Part shown: piece after piece, positions 1 through 13,658 of the stretch
How the letters are laid out: every line of letters starts with the position of its first letter
Position numbering within the stretch: the stretch's first letter is position 1
Translations under genes and position numbers: made by a program
The notes under the pieces: model-generated
What the model saw: only the letters and a program-made list of their open reading frames with translations
What the model was told of the DNA's origin: nothing
Databases searched by the model: none
Origin: Lingula anatina
Lineage: Eukaryota > Animalia > Brachiopoda
Reading direction: 5' to 3'
Assembly: GCA_051362555.1 (NCBI GenBank)
Contig: CM120647.1
Location: forward strand, 3,410,001-3,474,000
DNA: 64,000 nucleotides

Positions 1-513
1 ACTGTAATGCGTGCTGAATGACAGACAACTTATAAATATCACCTGTGTTACTGTGTAAATGACTACATTTAGTTAAATTATAACGATGTCGGCGATTTAA
101 TCCATCAAACATATTTATATTACCTGTAGTTCTTTTAAAACCAGTGTCAGGTTAACACCAAATCAAAGCAAGGAAGTACAACTGATGTAACTCCTTGATC
201 AAAGCAAGCCTTGCTGACTGGTTTTGTTTAAATTGTCGTAAAATAAGTACATGTAAAGCTAAATAAAGCCTGTTTCAAGTTCACAGTGTTTATCCTAGCT
301 ACATGTATAAAACTGCATGAAGAATATAACAAGACTGCGTAGCGAATTAACTTTCACAATGCTCTGTGCTTCAGGTTTCCCTAGAGTCCCGTGTAATACA
401 ATAACACCGAAGAGTATAGCCTGGGAGTAATATAAATATGAGGCCGTGTATGAAAGATTGTACAAATTGAAATTTCTAGAATTTAAACATGCTAGGTTCG
501 TGCACATCACTTA

Positions 514-2184
514 CAGGGTTGCTACTTAATATGGAATATTTTTTATTCATTGTTATTTTTGAGTGCTGATTAAATTTTTGGCTTGAGTCATTAAAAACGC
601 ATGTCACTGAGTGATAATAACATCCAGTCTTCTGTTGTGAGATATTTTGGACAATAATATCAAATTTGACATAAGATGCCATTCAAAAGAAAGGAACACC
701 CCCAGAAAACCATATCACCAGTTTGATGTCAACTAACCAGTTTGATATAAACTTTAAGATAAGATATTAAAGAAAATGATAGCCTCCGGACAGTGATATG
801 TTACACAGTCAAAGGACTCACTACAGTAAATCATGAAAAGTCAGTAATTGCGGGTATGACCTCCAGCAGCCGCCTGCAACGCCCTCATCCTACATGGCAT
901 ACCCTGTGACACGTTTTTTAGAGTTTGAGTGGGGATATCATTCAACGCAGTGATATTTGCCTGTCGCAGTTCATCACAATTTACCGGCCGAGGACCATAG
1001 CTATTAATTCTGTGATTTATTTCCGCCCACAGATTTTCAATTGGGTTCATATCTGGAGAGTTTACAGGCCAGTGCAGTTGCTGAACCCATTGGTTTTGAA
1101 AAAGAACAGTGAATCTGCGGCCTCGATGTGGGGTTGCGCAGTCGTCTTGGTACACAAAGTTGTTCCTGAAGATGACTCTTACCAATCGAAGCATTGTTTG
1201 CTGTAGAATGTCTCTGTAGAAATCCTGGATGAGGTTGCCTCCTAGAAAAACCAACTGGTTCTGGGCACCGACATGAAATGCTCCCCAAACAGAGACGTTA
1301 CCATCCCCTGCTTGCACCCTATGCAGTACACAATCATTGTTTTATGCCCCTCGTACACGTCGGTGTACACGGATTCGACGATCAACCCTAAAAAATCCAT
1401 AGCTGGCCTCATCACTGAAAACGACGTGATTCCAGTGTTTTGGCTGCAAACGCACGTGGTCCCCAGCCCATTGCAAACGTTGCTGTATATTGCCTGCTGT
1501 TAACAGTGGTTTCCCTCTTGGCCTTCGTGCAAAATAATCGGCTTGCAGAAATCTCTTGTTCACGTGGGACCTTGAAACGGGCGTTTGAATGACATTCTGC
1601 CTCTCTTTTCTGAGGACACTGGTTGTCTTTGTACGATCAGTACGGCGTCTTCTAAGGAGAAGGCGATCCTGTCTTCTTGGTGTGATACGCGGACACCCTG
1701 GTCAAGGTATTGGAGTAGGTGTCCTGTTGCAGCGTTTCTTTGGAGGACTTCACAAACGGTTCCTGATAAATGTCGAATTACCTGGCAATGGCTGTCCGTT
1801 TCTGGCCATTTTCACTGAGAGCAAGAATCCCATAGTAAGCTGCGTTGCTTAGCTGTCGATCCATATCTTCACTAAGGTACCTGTCAAGTTTCAGAGCGAT
1901 CCCTTTGTTGCTTCTCTAAACACACTCCAAAGATTGACCAACCCATGCGTTTTTATACAAGGGCAGAAATTGCCGAAAAGACCAACCCTCACATTTCTGA
2001 CCACAGAACATGCAACTGCATGCATCAATTGTTTCGAGAGTTGTGTGGTAATTAGGTAACACACCTGGCTACATATGGAGTGACACCTCAGCTTTGGATA
2101 TTTAAAGTAGTTAGAGAGAAATTAAATATTTTGTAGAAAATTTTCTCGCCAAAAAATAATATTCCATATTAAGTGGTAACCCTG
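514..2184 (-). mobile_element. Full-length decayed Tc1-family DNA transposon (~1.67 kb)
   Basis: Left TIR TA|CAGGGTTGCTACTTAATATGGAATATT at 514 matches the reverse complement of AATATTCCATATTAAGTGGTAACCCTG ending 2184 (2 mismatches; right TA reads AA). It encloses a Tc1 transposase remnant. Confidence 0.85.
841..1864 (-). pseudogene. Tc1-like DDE transposase pseudogene
   Basis: Frameshifted pieces: MDRQLSNAAYYGILALSENG (N-terminus), RRPRGKPLL...WNHVVFSDEA, VYQDDCATPH...WPVNSPDMNPIENLW, and C-terminal AAGGHTRNY. Confidence 0.88.
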
Positions 2185-3423
2185 AAGGTCATCTCAACGC
2201 CTTGTCTGATCCACCTGAAAGAAATATAGTGAACATGAGGCAATCTAACACGTTTACATGTACATGTGGGCGAAGGGGTATACTTCAATATTGACTATAA
2301 ACAATATCAACAGCGATTCAAGACAAGACTGTCTTTCACACGTTTAAACACGAACACACAAAGGTCGCGTCGCGATATCTAACTCTCTCCTTCGAACAAG
2401 CAAAGGGCTGACCCGAAGTAAGCTTTCTAAACTAATTTCCTTTTGATTGTATATTGTAATTACTCCACTTGCTCGCCTCCATTGTCTTGTAAAGTGACAA
2501 AGAATGTGTTGTTTTCACACTCGAGTTGATAGGACTTTACATAACTCCTTTTCCTTGTTGCATAATGTCTTTATCAAGGTTATAATCAGTGTGAAAAGGG
2601 TGTCTTGCCTCACTTAAAAAGGGAGTTGTTCTTCATACTGGTTGTTGCTTAACTTATGCTAACCTACTTTGTACAAATAGGGTTCCAATAAATCGACAAA
2701 AGTATGACATTTATGAACATTGTGTATCAAACATTTTGATACGATTTAAATAAATGGACAAGAAGGATTACGGTATGAGTTACTGTTTACCTTTGGCGTT
2801 AACTTCGCCCTGCTATATAAATGAACACATGTTGCATAATGTAACAAAAATGTGTTATAGTGTTTTTATGACATGTGCTTTACATATTTGATAGTGAAAC
2901 ACTCCTCGGCTTTAATGAATCACCTGACGTGAACTATGTCTCCCCCTCCCATGCCTCTCGAAAAAACTGATTCTTTTAATTTCGAAATGAAATGTTTTTA
3001 AGACAAAGAAGTTCATTAACCCTTTTACGACTCAGCCATTGTACAGCATGTTGTAATCGATATTTAAAAAAGTTAATTATTGTACTCCGCTTTTCAATGC
3101 TTATCCTGGTGCTTTCATCGGGGATACCTCAGGTTGTGAAGTACGGTTACGTCGCTAACCTAAATCCATATGTTACTGGAATATATTTAAGTACACGTGA
3201 AGCTTTGTAAAGTCCCTATTGTCACACATCATAGATACTGAATTTTGTCTTGAATGAAAAAATACCCTCAACTTATCGTTTTGTGCTTAAACCTTCCATA
3301 ACTTGGATCGAGGTTTGCTATACAGTGTATTGTAGCTACTATGACATTCCTCAGCATCTAAATGATAAACGAGGATGTCTACCTGTAAAAGCAGCAGCGG
3401 CAGTTTAAATGGTCGCTATCTCG

Positions 3424-3456
<33 letters not shown>

Positions 3457-4059
3457 GACAGCAACATAGAAAGTGTTTAGGGAGAAAGTCACACAAAGAC
3501 CGACGTTGTTTTGTCTTCGCATTTCTTCTCCTTTTATACTGCAATTTAACTAAACAATTATAGGCAATTAACGTTCAAATCCACATAAGATAAGAAATTA
3601 GTATAAAAGCGATGAGAATTGATACCTTTGGGAGAGAAAAGAAGAGGGGAGAGGAGATTGGGAAAGACGGAGCAGACGTGTTTTCAAGAAGTTAGGAGTT
3701 GGAGACTTAGACACGTCAACGAATAAATCGTTTAACTGGTCATTATGTGGACTTGGGTTTTCTTTGTGCTACCTAATGTAAATCTGACATGAAGCGTGGA
3801 ATCTTTAGATTGCATTATCCACTAAGTTAGTCGAAATCAAGATTTCCTATTTCATACTCACACTTGAATTAAGCATCCTAATTTTTTTTAAGTTTACGAC
3901 ATTCACTCCATATATAAAGAAAAGTTCATTACATGTCATCTAGAAATGACAAGTGTTGGATGTCATCTATAAAATCTATATCACTGCCACCTGAAAAATA
4001 TACTTCATTAAATAAGAGATTTCAACTGTCAGTAAAGCACACATGGTACCATTGATTTG

Positions 4060-5329
4060 TAATGGTAAGGGGTATATGGCAGCCACATTGGATTTTTCTC
4101 TAATGAAAAAGGCCTAATCATATTCTTTACAGGTATTAAAATGTGGGAAATATTTAAGAGAATTTATATTTCTTGGAATATTGCTTTTACCGTGGTTGAA
4201 ATAATTTCTAGATTATAGAACATGTGCCTCAGTTGTGAAAATTGGTAATATAATGGCAGCCATCTTGGATAAAGAAGCCATATTGAAAAAAATATGGTCT
4301 TAGCTTTACCTTTAAAAATAAACAATTGTCCTTTACCAATAAATTGCAAAGGAAACATGAAATATACTTCATTGAAGAAGATATTTGATCTTGCAAATAA
4401 GGTGCATGCTGTGCGCACTTTTGGGCCATAAAGGTCGGGGTGCATGGTGGCCATGTTGGATTTTTTCCTAATCATAAAGCTTCATACTGTACAGAGAGAG
4501 GAAGTACAGGTCATACTGTACATAATTAATATTTGATGGTGTATTGCTTCTATCATGATTGAAAGTAATTCTAGATTAAATAAAACATGGCTTAACTGCA
4601 AAAATTGGCAAATTTTTGGCCGCCATCTTGAATAAAGCAGCCATCTTGGGTCAAGACACCATCTCAAATTTACCTTTAAAATTTAAAACAATTGTCCTTT
4701 ACCTGCATATTGTAAAATAAAAATAAAATACACTTCATTTAATAAGGTATTTCAACTTTCAAAAAGATATTCGTTATGCTTCTGACTCATAATGGTGAGG
4801 GGTGTGTGGCGGCCATATTGGATTTTTCTCTTAATCAAAAAGCTTCCATAGTGCATGCAGACAACAGAAATGTGTGAAATATTATAGAAAAGCTATATGT
4901 GATGACAGTTTGCTTATATCACGATTAAAAGAAATTCTAGATTGAAGAAAACATGACTTAATTGCAAAAATTTGTGAAATATTGTCCGCCATCTTGGATG
5001 AAGCGGCCATTTTGAATCCAGTTGTCAAATTATTGCTACAGATCACAAGTAAGTACATAATTCCACAATAAATACACAATGAAAGTATTATACACTTCAG
5101 CAAAGAAGTAATATTAATCACTTTTCATAACTGATGCTAATTCTATGTATTCACCATGGATGGCGGCCATATTGGATTTTTGGTCACTTTCGCAATTGAG
5201 CCCATTTGTCCAATAAGCAGATTCATAAATCCCAGGTATCAGGCTTTTCAACGATGTGTTCGAAAATTTTATATCATTAATTTTTTACTGCCCTTTTTTG
5301 AAGGCTTTTGGAGTTTGGCTCCCCTACTA
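4060..5329. mobile_element. Non-autonomous DNA transposon remnant with repeated GCCAT(C/A)TTGGAT motifs, possibly Academ-like
   Basis: Many GGCGGCCATATTGGATTTT/GCAGCCATCTTGG motifs. The right end ...TTTGGCTCCCCTACTA reads TAGTAGGGG on the other strand, resembling Academ termini. Left boundary not found. Confidence 0.35.
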
Positions 5330-5705
5330 TAGCAAATATCTTCAAAATGAGGTTGTTCTTAGCAACTTTCCACTGTATGGTGATTTTATTCACCGGTTAG
5401 CTACCTGCCTGTTTATACGCTCTTTATACAATGCATATATATCCACCGTTTAGCAAAAGGCCGTATAGGGCATTTACATACCGTATATAGAGTTATCCGA
5501 CGTATAGTGTTATACGGCTTTCATACAACCCAACCCCATTATTAAGTTTAATTTTTTCGTAAAAGATCACTCTGAAATTCACCAAACAAAGAAACATTCC
5601 TGACATTGGCCTTAGGCTATTACAAAAGATTACACAATTGCAATATCATGGTTCTCAAAAGTAGTAAATACATGAATAAAGATAACAGGTCAGTAAGATA
5701 CTTAC

Positions 5706-5924
5706 AACATTTGTGTACACGGACCCCATCGTGAGGACAGTCCCAGAGGGAGCTCTCATGTCCATTGCATCTCACGTTGTTCAGAAGAATACTTCCAGTG
5801 CCACTGCCTTTGTTATATACTTTGGTACACGTTTTATATCCCAACATCCTGGCAACAACTCTGTTGTTATTGTTGTAGTAGTAGGAGCTACCCCAGCCAT
5901 TCTGACAAACGGTGCCAAAACTAC
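5706..5924 (-). CDS. Coding exon 2 of bark beetle-like protein (SRCR domain core)
   Basis: Acceptor TTTAAG| before 5924 and donor |GTAAGT after 5706. A phase-1 splice to exon 1 gives GRLELLYQGSFGTVCQNGWG...VVARMLGY...GSGTGSILLNNVRCNGHESSLWDCPHDGVRVHKC, a typical SRCR domain. Confidence 0.88.
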
Positions 5925-6646
5925 CTTAAAGGAGAAAATAACACCTTCTCTTTAACAAACATTTGTGGAAAATGAATATTCGGTCTAGTAGGAGGTTCGG
6001 TTCAGATGAGCGCTAACATTTCAAAACGATTCTAGAATAACGCCTGTATGTGGTCGTGGGGGGGGGGGGGACTCTTGCATTTATAACTGATATATTTGAA
6101 TATGTGAGAAGGAGTAGTAATTTGCCATGGACCCCTACCCCCTAAGCTCCTACGATAATAAGCCAAATAATGATTAAATGTACTCTTTATGTGGTTTACC
6201 AGTCAATATCAATATTCGACGGGAATAAGCTGTCCCCTACTCACGAAACACTACTGGGCCCGTATAGAACCTGCACTTGTACCCGACGTATAACATAAAT
6301 TCAATTTTTATTTTTTTTATATAGTTCTAAATAACTGGGCAGCAGAAATTATTGTTGTAATAGTTTGCAAGGTCTGAATTGGGAAATATTTATTGCCTTG
6401 CAGGAAATGTAGACACAGAAAATATTTTATTTTAGGAAACTGTACATGTACATGTACAGTTTTTCTATAAGATTTCATTCCCCCAACTTCGAGGTAAGAG
6501 TTTTGTACCGTCATTTCGTAACAATGAACACTTGAGTTGTAACAGATAATCAACATTTTATTCTAATAGATAACTTACAAAAATAAAAAGAGAAAAAAGA
6601 AAAATAAACTCTTCAAAAACACAAAGACATTCTACACTGCAGATAC

Positions 6647-7058
6647 CTTGGTATAAAAGTTCTAGGCGTCCATGATGATTTTCCGTGAAGTCCCCGGCCA
6701 ATCGGGCACCATCGAACCAAATAGGTGGCTGCTCATCATCTCTTTCAACGTTGGGTGGGTCTGCAGCCGTGAAAAGGATACGTTTGTCGGGTTGTCCCAC
6801 TGCCAAAAGCCGTCCCTCAACGCGCACACCGACAGCCGGGCCGAATTTAACGGTAACGCCAGGTTCTACCTTCAGCGTTACCCCTGGCGGCACTGTGATG
6901 GAAATGTTGACGTGGAACGGTTGATATGATAAACGTAACGTCAGATCCGCGGTAGGCGAGGTGTCTATGACAGTATAGGCATTCGAAAGCGCCGAAAGAG
7001 TCCCGAAAATTATGAAAAAGACGGAGAGTAATTTCCCTCCAACTCCGGTCGATTCCAT
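6647..7058 (-). CDS. Coding exon 1 of secreted bark beetle/anakonda-like SRCR protein
   Basis: ATG at 7058, hydrophobic signal peptide (LLSVFFIIFGTLSALSNA), then PFHVNISITVPPGVTLKVEPGVTVKF...GRLLAVG...ILFT, resembling the bark beetle N-terminal module. It runs into an SRCR start (RLAG...GRLEL) and ends at donor CAAG|GTATCT. Confidence 0.8.
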
Positions 7059-7464
7059 CTCTCACCTTCGAGTGAGGTTATTTAATCATGCATATTGTTT
7101 ATGGTTAAGGGTATAATTCCAATGAAAAACATATCTCATCAACAAGGAAACAATATCAACACTTCCGTCTTGTTCAAACGTTGGCTGACTTGCAAATATT
7201 TAGTCAAATTTGAAACGAAACACCACAGGAGACTAGTTTAAAAATAGCATTATAAGCGCTGTTTTTTCCTAATGCAAAAAGGAAAAAAATGTTCTCTTTC
7301 GATCAATTTAGTTGTTTTCTTCCAACCAAATGTTTATACTTTGCCATAGCAACCTTTATGTGTTTACAAATATGCACAAAATGCCAACTTCCTTCTTGTT
7401 GTGCTACTGGTATGTGTATGAATCATTTTAATTTCAATCATCAACTCACGCCGCATAGACTTTT

Positions 7465-7862
7465 CTTGGCCACCATTCTCGCCAGATCTGAATCTCCAGA
7501 TTTCTTCCTTTGGGGGTACCTTAAGGAAAAAATAATGTTTAAAAGCATCAAATTCGAGGCACTTTGAAGACCAAAGTAAGGAACAGTCCGGCTGGCATGA
7601 TTACAAGAGCCATTGCCAATGTTCGCCCATACGCGTGGCCGCCGTTATTCAGCAGCAGCGAGGAGCATGGATAGAGCACATTATTAATTATTGAAATTTG
7701 GCTACTTTAAAGGTTTCCAATTTCCGCAGAATGTGGAAGGATAAAATTATCATTTATATGGAACAACTTGGCGAAAGAAAGCTGGGAATATCTTAATTAA
7801 ATGTACGTCTAAATAGGATCTAAGATGGAAAGTAATATAGGTAGCTTTTATGGACTACTCTG
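7465..7862 (+). mobile_element. 3' fragment of a Tc1/mariner-superfamily element
   Basis: Encodes PDFFLWGYLK (SPDLxPxDFFLWGYLK-type motif) and a C-terminal AVIQQQRGAWIEHII. A degenerate TIR-like end TTTATGGACTACTCTG lies at about 7862. Confidence 0.6.
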
Positions 7863-8394
7863 TGTACGTCTGTTTTGCGTTTCCAATGGCGACGTACTCA
7901 TATAACGGCAGCAAAGCAACCAGGAAGGTTAAAAGTTATCACAGATATATGTGAACGCTTGAGAAAGCGGGAGGAATGGAATGGCACCGGCTGAAACGCG
8001 ACTTAGGGACCGATCATTACTTAAGTTGGAAGGGGAAAGTGGAGGGGGAAAAAGGGTGTCTGAAATTTTTCAAGTAAATATTAAGGAGGTCTTGAAAATT
8101 GAAAATGACAAATAAGGGGTTATTGAGAAAAGTTATTTTTTTTGTGACATGCCGTATAGGCCATAGTGAAAAATACAATTTTTTTCACGCGTAATTTTTT
8201 ATTACAATAATAATAATAATCTTTATTGAGCACTAAAAAGTGTACATGTTACATTTTACAGGTTCTTTACTCATAACAAGTTTATAACAGCTATACAAAT
8301 CTATACAAATACTTATGGAATGATTACTGGGAAGCAGCACAGAATAAAAGGATCATTGCTATTGACGGATGTACCGTTTTTTTTTCAAACTTTC

Positions 8395-8398
<4 letters not shown>

Positions 8399-8465
<67 letters not shown>
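8399..8465. repeat. (TA)n microsatellite
   Basis: Direct reading. Similar tracts occur at about 33224-33265 and 44635-44680. Confidence 0.97.
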
Positions 8466-8468
<3 letters not shown>

Positions 8469-9199
8469 ACAGAAGCTCAAGCGCATGCAGCCCGCTCTGT
8501 ACCCCATTGACGGAAATTTGGATACCACTCAAATCTCCACAGAGCAGAAATCTGGACAGAGTCCAAATCTGCGCCCAGCAGAAATCTGTGTGTGGAAGCC
8601 AAATCTGCGCCTGGCAGAAATCTGGCTGGGAGCCAAATCTGCGGATCTAGCGAAAACCAAATCTGCGCCGCTGACCTATAGCTAGCACGTGCTAGCGGCG
8701 CGTCAATCCCATGTCAAACACAATTACAGTCACTGAGATTGAAAACGCAACAGTATAACACGACTGAAAACTGTTCCTCTTAGTCCACATTTGTTTTTGT
8801 ATTTGTTTAGCATAATGCAAGTTAATTATTACCCCAAAAATAATTCTCTCTGAAGATTTATTTCCTTTTCGAGTGTTGTCAGACTGTTCACGGTCTGCGT
8901 TAGTTAGGGGGTTTTATTCCCACAGACAATAACATCAGCAATCCACATTATTATACAGAGGTTTGAACAATATATTACTAATATTTAGTCAAACAAAGTC
9001 TTATACATATACGTGCTTCTGTAATTCGAAGACTGGTGAAAACGTTCTTCAAAATTGTGTATTGAACGAAACAGATCTGGGCACTCAGCCGTATGTATGC
9101 AGTCACAGACTACATATTCCTCCGTTTGAATCGCACCTCTCAGCAAAATTGAAGTAAATGTAACGTAGACCATCCCACCACGGAAAATTTCAAAGTTAA

Positions 9200-9230
<31 letters not shown>

Positions 9231-10125
9231 ATACGGGGCAAATAGAAAATATTTCATGTTGAGCGATCTTTCAATAATTGATTTAAGCTTTCAAGTAACA
9301 CAATATTTTTAATCAGTGATGAAACAAAAGACGATATCCTCCAATTGAAGTAAATGTTATTCGTTGCATAGTCAGCCTTAAAAAGTCGCATACAGTGTAT
9401 ATGTGTGTATATAGCTGTACAAGTAAAGCCATCGCCTACGTCCGTCGTCGTCACCGTGCATATTTCACTGTTATGGTCCTAAATTGATAACCGTGTGGCT
9501 TTTTTTTTTGCTATTCAAATTTACTGGGGTATACTGTATTATGATATATTATGAGTCGCTAGGAAAGAAAATAATAAAGCTTGATAAAAGCATTGATCAA
9601 ATAGGCCGATGATCATTAATATAAAGTGTATCATTATAAAAAGGTAAAAGTTTAAAAATAATTAGCTTTTGTTGTTTCGGCTTCTTGATCCTAGACAACG
9701 TCTCGACGTCAATTCCCAGAGAAAAAAATATATAGCATGCAGGGGCCTCAAGTACAGTTATCACTGTTACATGGTACTCTTTTTCCATATAAATGAGATT
9801 CAAGAAAGTTGGACACTTCTGAAATAAGTGTATTCAGTACAAAAAGTTTCGAGTATTTAAAAAAAAATTATTTTGGTACTCCGGAAAATTTTAAGAAAAT
9901 TATCATATCAGCGCCCTCTATCATTTATCGCTGTCTTCACTAGCACAATATGATGAAATTCATGGACACCGTCACAATCATGTTGAGATAGACTCTGAGG
10001 TCAAATACTGTAGTATTAACACTGTTGTAACTCAACTTCCTCGATTCTCCCAGACCATTACGTACCTGTCAATATTGACAATTGCCAGAGAGGGAGATTC
10101 CCGCGCACGCCCTACGCCCCCCACG

Positions 10126-10157
10126 ACACACACACACACACACACGCGCACACATAC

Positions 10158-10188
<31 letters not shown>

Positions 10189-10251
10189 TACACACACATA
10201 CACACACGCACACATACACACACATACACATACACACACAGACACACACAC
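10126..10251. repeat. Imperfect (CA)n microsatellite
   Basis: Direct reading; it explains the VC/HT-rich ORFs. Confidence 0.97.
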
Positions 10252-11402
10252 GCTATTGGAAAGAAACGCCTCGGTTATTAATGTGTTGTTAGCAGTTTGC
10301 TAAAATACTTTGACTATACAAAATAATATAGAAAAACTAAATCGGCAATTAAGAAATTTATTATATTCCAATTCAAGTCTTTCAATGTTTCAAGAATTAT
10401 TCCGGTTGTTTTACAATTTAGTCATACTAACAGCCTGTTATAATCAATAATTAAAACAATTCAATTTTTGCTCTCCGATATTTCAGTCTCCGTTGTGTGG
10501 CTTATTGCACACCTCAGGTAGAGGTGACACTCACCTCAAAAGTTAGCCTAACTTTTTATATTACTTGAACATTTTTGAAATATTGTTTAGATTTCTTTGT
10601 GAAGTCTCGAATATCTCACCTCGTAACGAATTCATTTTTAATTTAAAAAATAAAATAAAATTATCATTCTGTCCTTCAACCCGCAATCTGTACTATTTTA
10701 GCCCATTGGCAATGTGGACAGTTCGGCAATATGGCTCATTCATTACCACTTCTGTTTTATGTTTTCTGTTGTATATATTCTGGATTGTCACGCAAATAGG
10801 TCCCAGTGCATAAATGAAAATGTGCAATATTTCGTGCAAGTCGGCAAACATACTTGATGTGAAAATTAATCGCCGACAGTTTGTGTAGTTCAAAATTAGG
10901 AAACTCTGACTCCACGTAAATTCTGTCGTCACTTTATGTTCCATTTTTAACCTATTTTAGTTCCTTTCGTAGTGCTGACGCTTTGCCAGTTAATTTTCCA
11001 GTGCTGCGATTTTAGAAATGGCGCTCTTTCTCAAAAGTCATCCTTAAAGTACATTTTTATGAATTACTATAGCTGAAACATGCGGTAGGTATATAAAAAA
11101 GATAATATGTAAATATTTTCTTTAAAGACAAAAGTTGTAAAAGTTTGTATAACCTGGTGTGTTAAATTTAAAGGACACCAGTAAACACCCGAACGCTCCC
11201 AAAACTCAATTTCCCCTACTCTCCCAAACTTTTTATACCATCATCATACCCTCCCCCAATCATTTTTGTGCCGTTTTATTTCAACATATTTCCTTTTAAT
11301 CCAACTTTCTCTACTTAAAGGTTCATTGACATCTAATTTAAACTAAAATAGCATGTTTTCATTTTCAATGACTTATTAGGTCATTTCTTTATAAACATTT
11401 CA

Positions 11403-11620
11403 TCCCCCTCCCCGTCTCGCGTTATGTCTTCACTAACACAATTGGCTGATATTTGTGGAGTCCGTCACAATCATGGTTGAGACAGCATTAAAGTCAACAC
11501 ACCGCAGCCTCTGGCTACCCTCTACCAGGGCCATAGATTGGCTTTTCTCTAGATATTTAAAGATGCATCTCTGGTTAAATAGATGGCTAATCTCTGTACT
11601 GTAAAAGCAAAAAACAAAAC

Positions 11621-11651
<31 letters not shown>

Positions 11652-11690
11652 TCCACAGCACAAAAACTGCGGCCTTGGTAGAGGGAAGCC
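11403..11690. repeat. Dispersed repeat with internal inverted repeat
   Basis: CCCTCCCCGTCTC.CGTTATGTCTTCACTAACACAAT...GTCACAATCATGGTTGAGAC recurs at about 12770-12850. GGCTACCCTCTACCAGGGCC (~11513) is inverted as GGCCTTGGTAGAGGGAAGCC (~11671-11690). Confidence 0.6.
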
Positions 11691-11906
11691 TATGACTCTT
11701 CCCGTATTTTAAACTGACATTGCTAATTTGAAGGTTAAAAACGCGTGCGAGAGAGAGTGGGGACAGAAAAGTTAAAAATAGCTTTAGTTGAGACATTAAC
11801 AAAATCGAAAACCAAATTAAATTAATTAGAAGCATGAGCATTTTGATGGTCAATACTAAATTACACAGAAGTATCTAGATGTATCAGGGATCACCATCGG
11901 GTGAAG

Positions 11907-12122
11907 CTACATTTTTCACAGACGCCGTACGGTGAAATCGACATCAATTTGCCGTATTTTTTGCACCGGAAATGTGTCTATGGACTAGCATTCTTACGTT
12001 CGGTACGGGCGCCGTACCATTTGTCCCACATGAATTTGAGGTTAAGTAACGGACGCCGTACGAGTAGGGCATATGGGCAATACATGGACACCATAGAGAC
12101 ATCGTATACGACAAATGTAACC
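11907..12122. mobile_element. Probable small MITE
   Basis: Ends GCTACATTT...AAATGTAACC with repeated internal CCGTACG motifs. TSD not resolved. Confidence 0.35.
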
Positions 12123-13337
12123 TAGAATTAGATATCTGGTAAAATTTTAATATATTTGGTCGCCAAGGGTCAGGAATTATGCGTACAGTTTTTGAAATGT
12201 TTGCGGGAGCACCTGAGAGAAATTTAGGTCTCATAATTTCATTATTATTATTAATAATATCAAAATGTTTGTACGCGTGTGTGTGGGGAGGGGGGAGGGG
12301 GTCGGTCCTTTAGAAGAGTAATGAAAAGAGATCTGCTCATTGTTCAATCGATTGGTATTCTAGATCTAATTGTATTGTCATCACAGCCACGTGCAGTGAG
12401 TATTACTTATATACCGCCTATACCAGTGATATATTGCCTTCTATAGTTCCACTCTAAATACTACTACTATAACTACCACAGTGGACGACTTCATCTTGTA
12501 GGCCTACTACTACATGCACTGCTACTACTACTTACACCTCTCCATATATAGGCCTATGCTGAGGCGAGTTTCCAGAAATCTCTTACATGCCGTCGTGGAC
12601 AACCTGAAAATATTTGTTCCCCGTGAGTTAGTACGACTGCTGTAACGAACTGATCTTTTTGTGTCTCCCTTCGTCTCTCCTACATCCATCCCCGTTATCC
12701 TCCCCCCACCACCACATTCCCCTTCAAACACTCCAATCATTGCAATACACGTACATGCTATCTCCCTCCCCTCCCCGTCTCACGTTATGTCTTCACTAAC
12801 ACAATGGGGTGATATCTGTGGAACCCGTCACAATCATGGTTGAGACGGCATCAGAATCAGCTGGAATCTCGCTTGTAATGTTGAAAGGATAGTAGTAACC
12901 CCTACCAGGGCCACACAGAGAATTGTTCATTAAAATGTCACAGATATTTTTCTGGTCAATTCTTAACAGTTTTTATGTTGTCCAGCGAGAAACTTTGAAA
13001 ACAAAAATAATAAAACGCCACCCGAAGAACTTGCGAAAGGTAGTAAAAGCCTCTGCAGAGGATTTACGTGTTATACAACCTCACAAAGTGAAGAATTCCA
13101 GTTTTAACTTTAAAAATGTACCTCTCGGTGCGAACAAGGTTATGTCTGACGTTACGAGTGTATTGATATTTTAAAGGTGTATCAACTGTAGAAGCGTGTC
13201 AACAATTCATCAGAATTTAGTGCAGTGATATATGTCAAGTGCGGCGGGTTGTTTTCACCTTCTACTGACTGGGGTAATGGAGTATGGGGTGATCCACGAA
13301 GCTTAATGTTTACCTGAGGAGTCTTTAGTCTTAAAGT

Positions 13338-13656
13338 ACTACCAGAGCGGATGAATGTTAGTGCTAGGTATCGTTTTGTTGGTGCTAAATAAGTGTGTGG
13401 TGTGTTGGTTAATTCGTGGGATTTGTGGTTATATGAGCGTTAGTGCTGAAAGATCTGCGGCTAGTGTCAGTAAACGCCTAATCCGTTTTATAAGGTCTGG
13501 AAGTCCCGAACAAAATTTTATTGAAACTGCTGCCATTAATAATAGAGCTGATAAGTCAACTTAAATTTCTTAATCCTTATCTCCCAAGAGCAATTTCGTG
13601 GACATATTATTTGAAAAAAGGATCAAATGTTCTTATTCATCTTGGTCATCAGATAA
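13338..13656 (+). repeat. Dispersed repeat (copy A), interrupted by the Tc1 element at 13659
   Basis: ACTACCAGAGCGGATGAATGTTAGTGCTA...CATCTTGGTC..AGATAA is closely similar to 60888-61206. Similarity resumes after 15321. Confidence 0.85.
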
Positions 13657-13658
13657 TA

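Noticed and set aside
3340-3390. Candidate third exon of the bark-like gene after a TTTTACAG acceptor
   Set aside because: The required phase hits a stop within about ten codons and lacks the HxEDxxVxC end of an SRCR domain.
6558-6646. Hydrophobic C-terminus of the 166-aa ORF as a transmembrane helix
   Set aside because: It is intron read-through after the GT donor at 6646.
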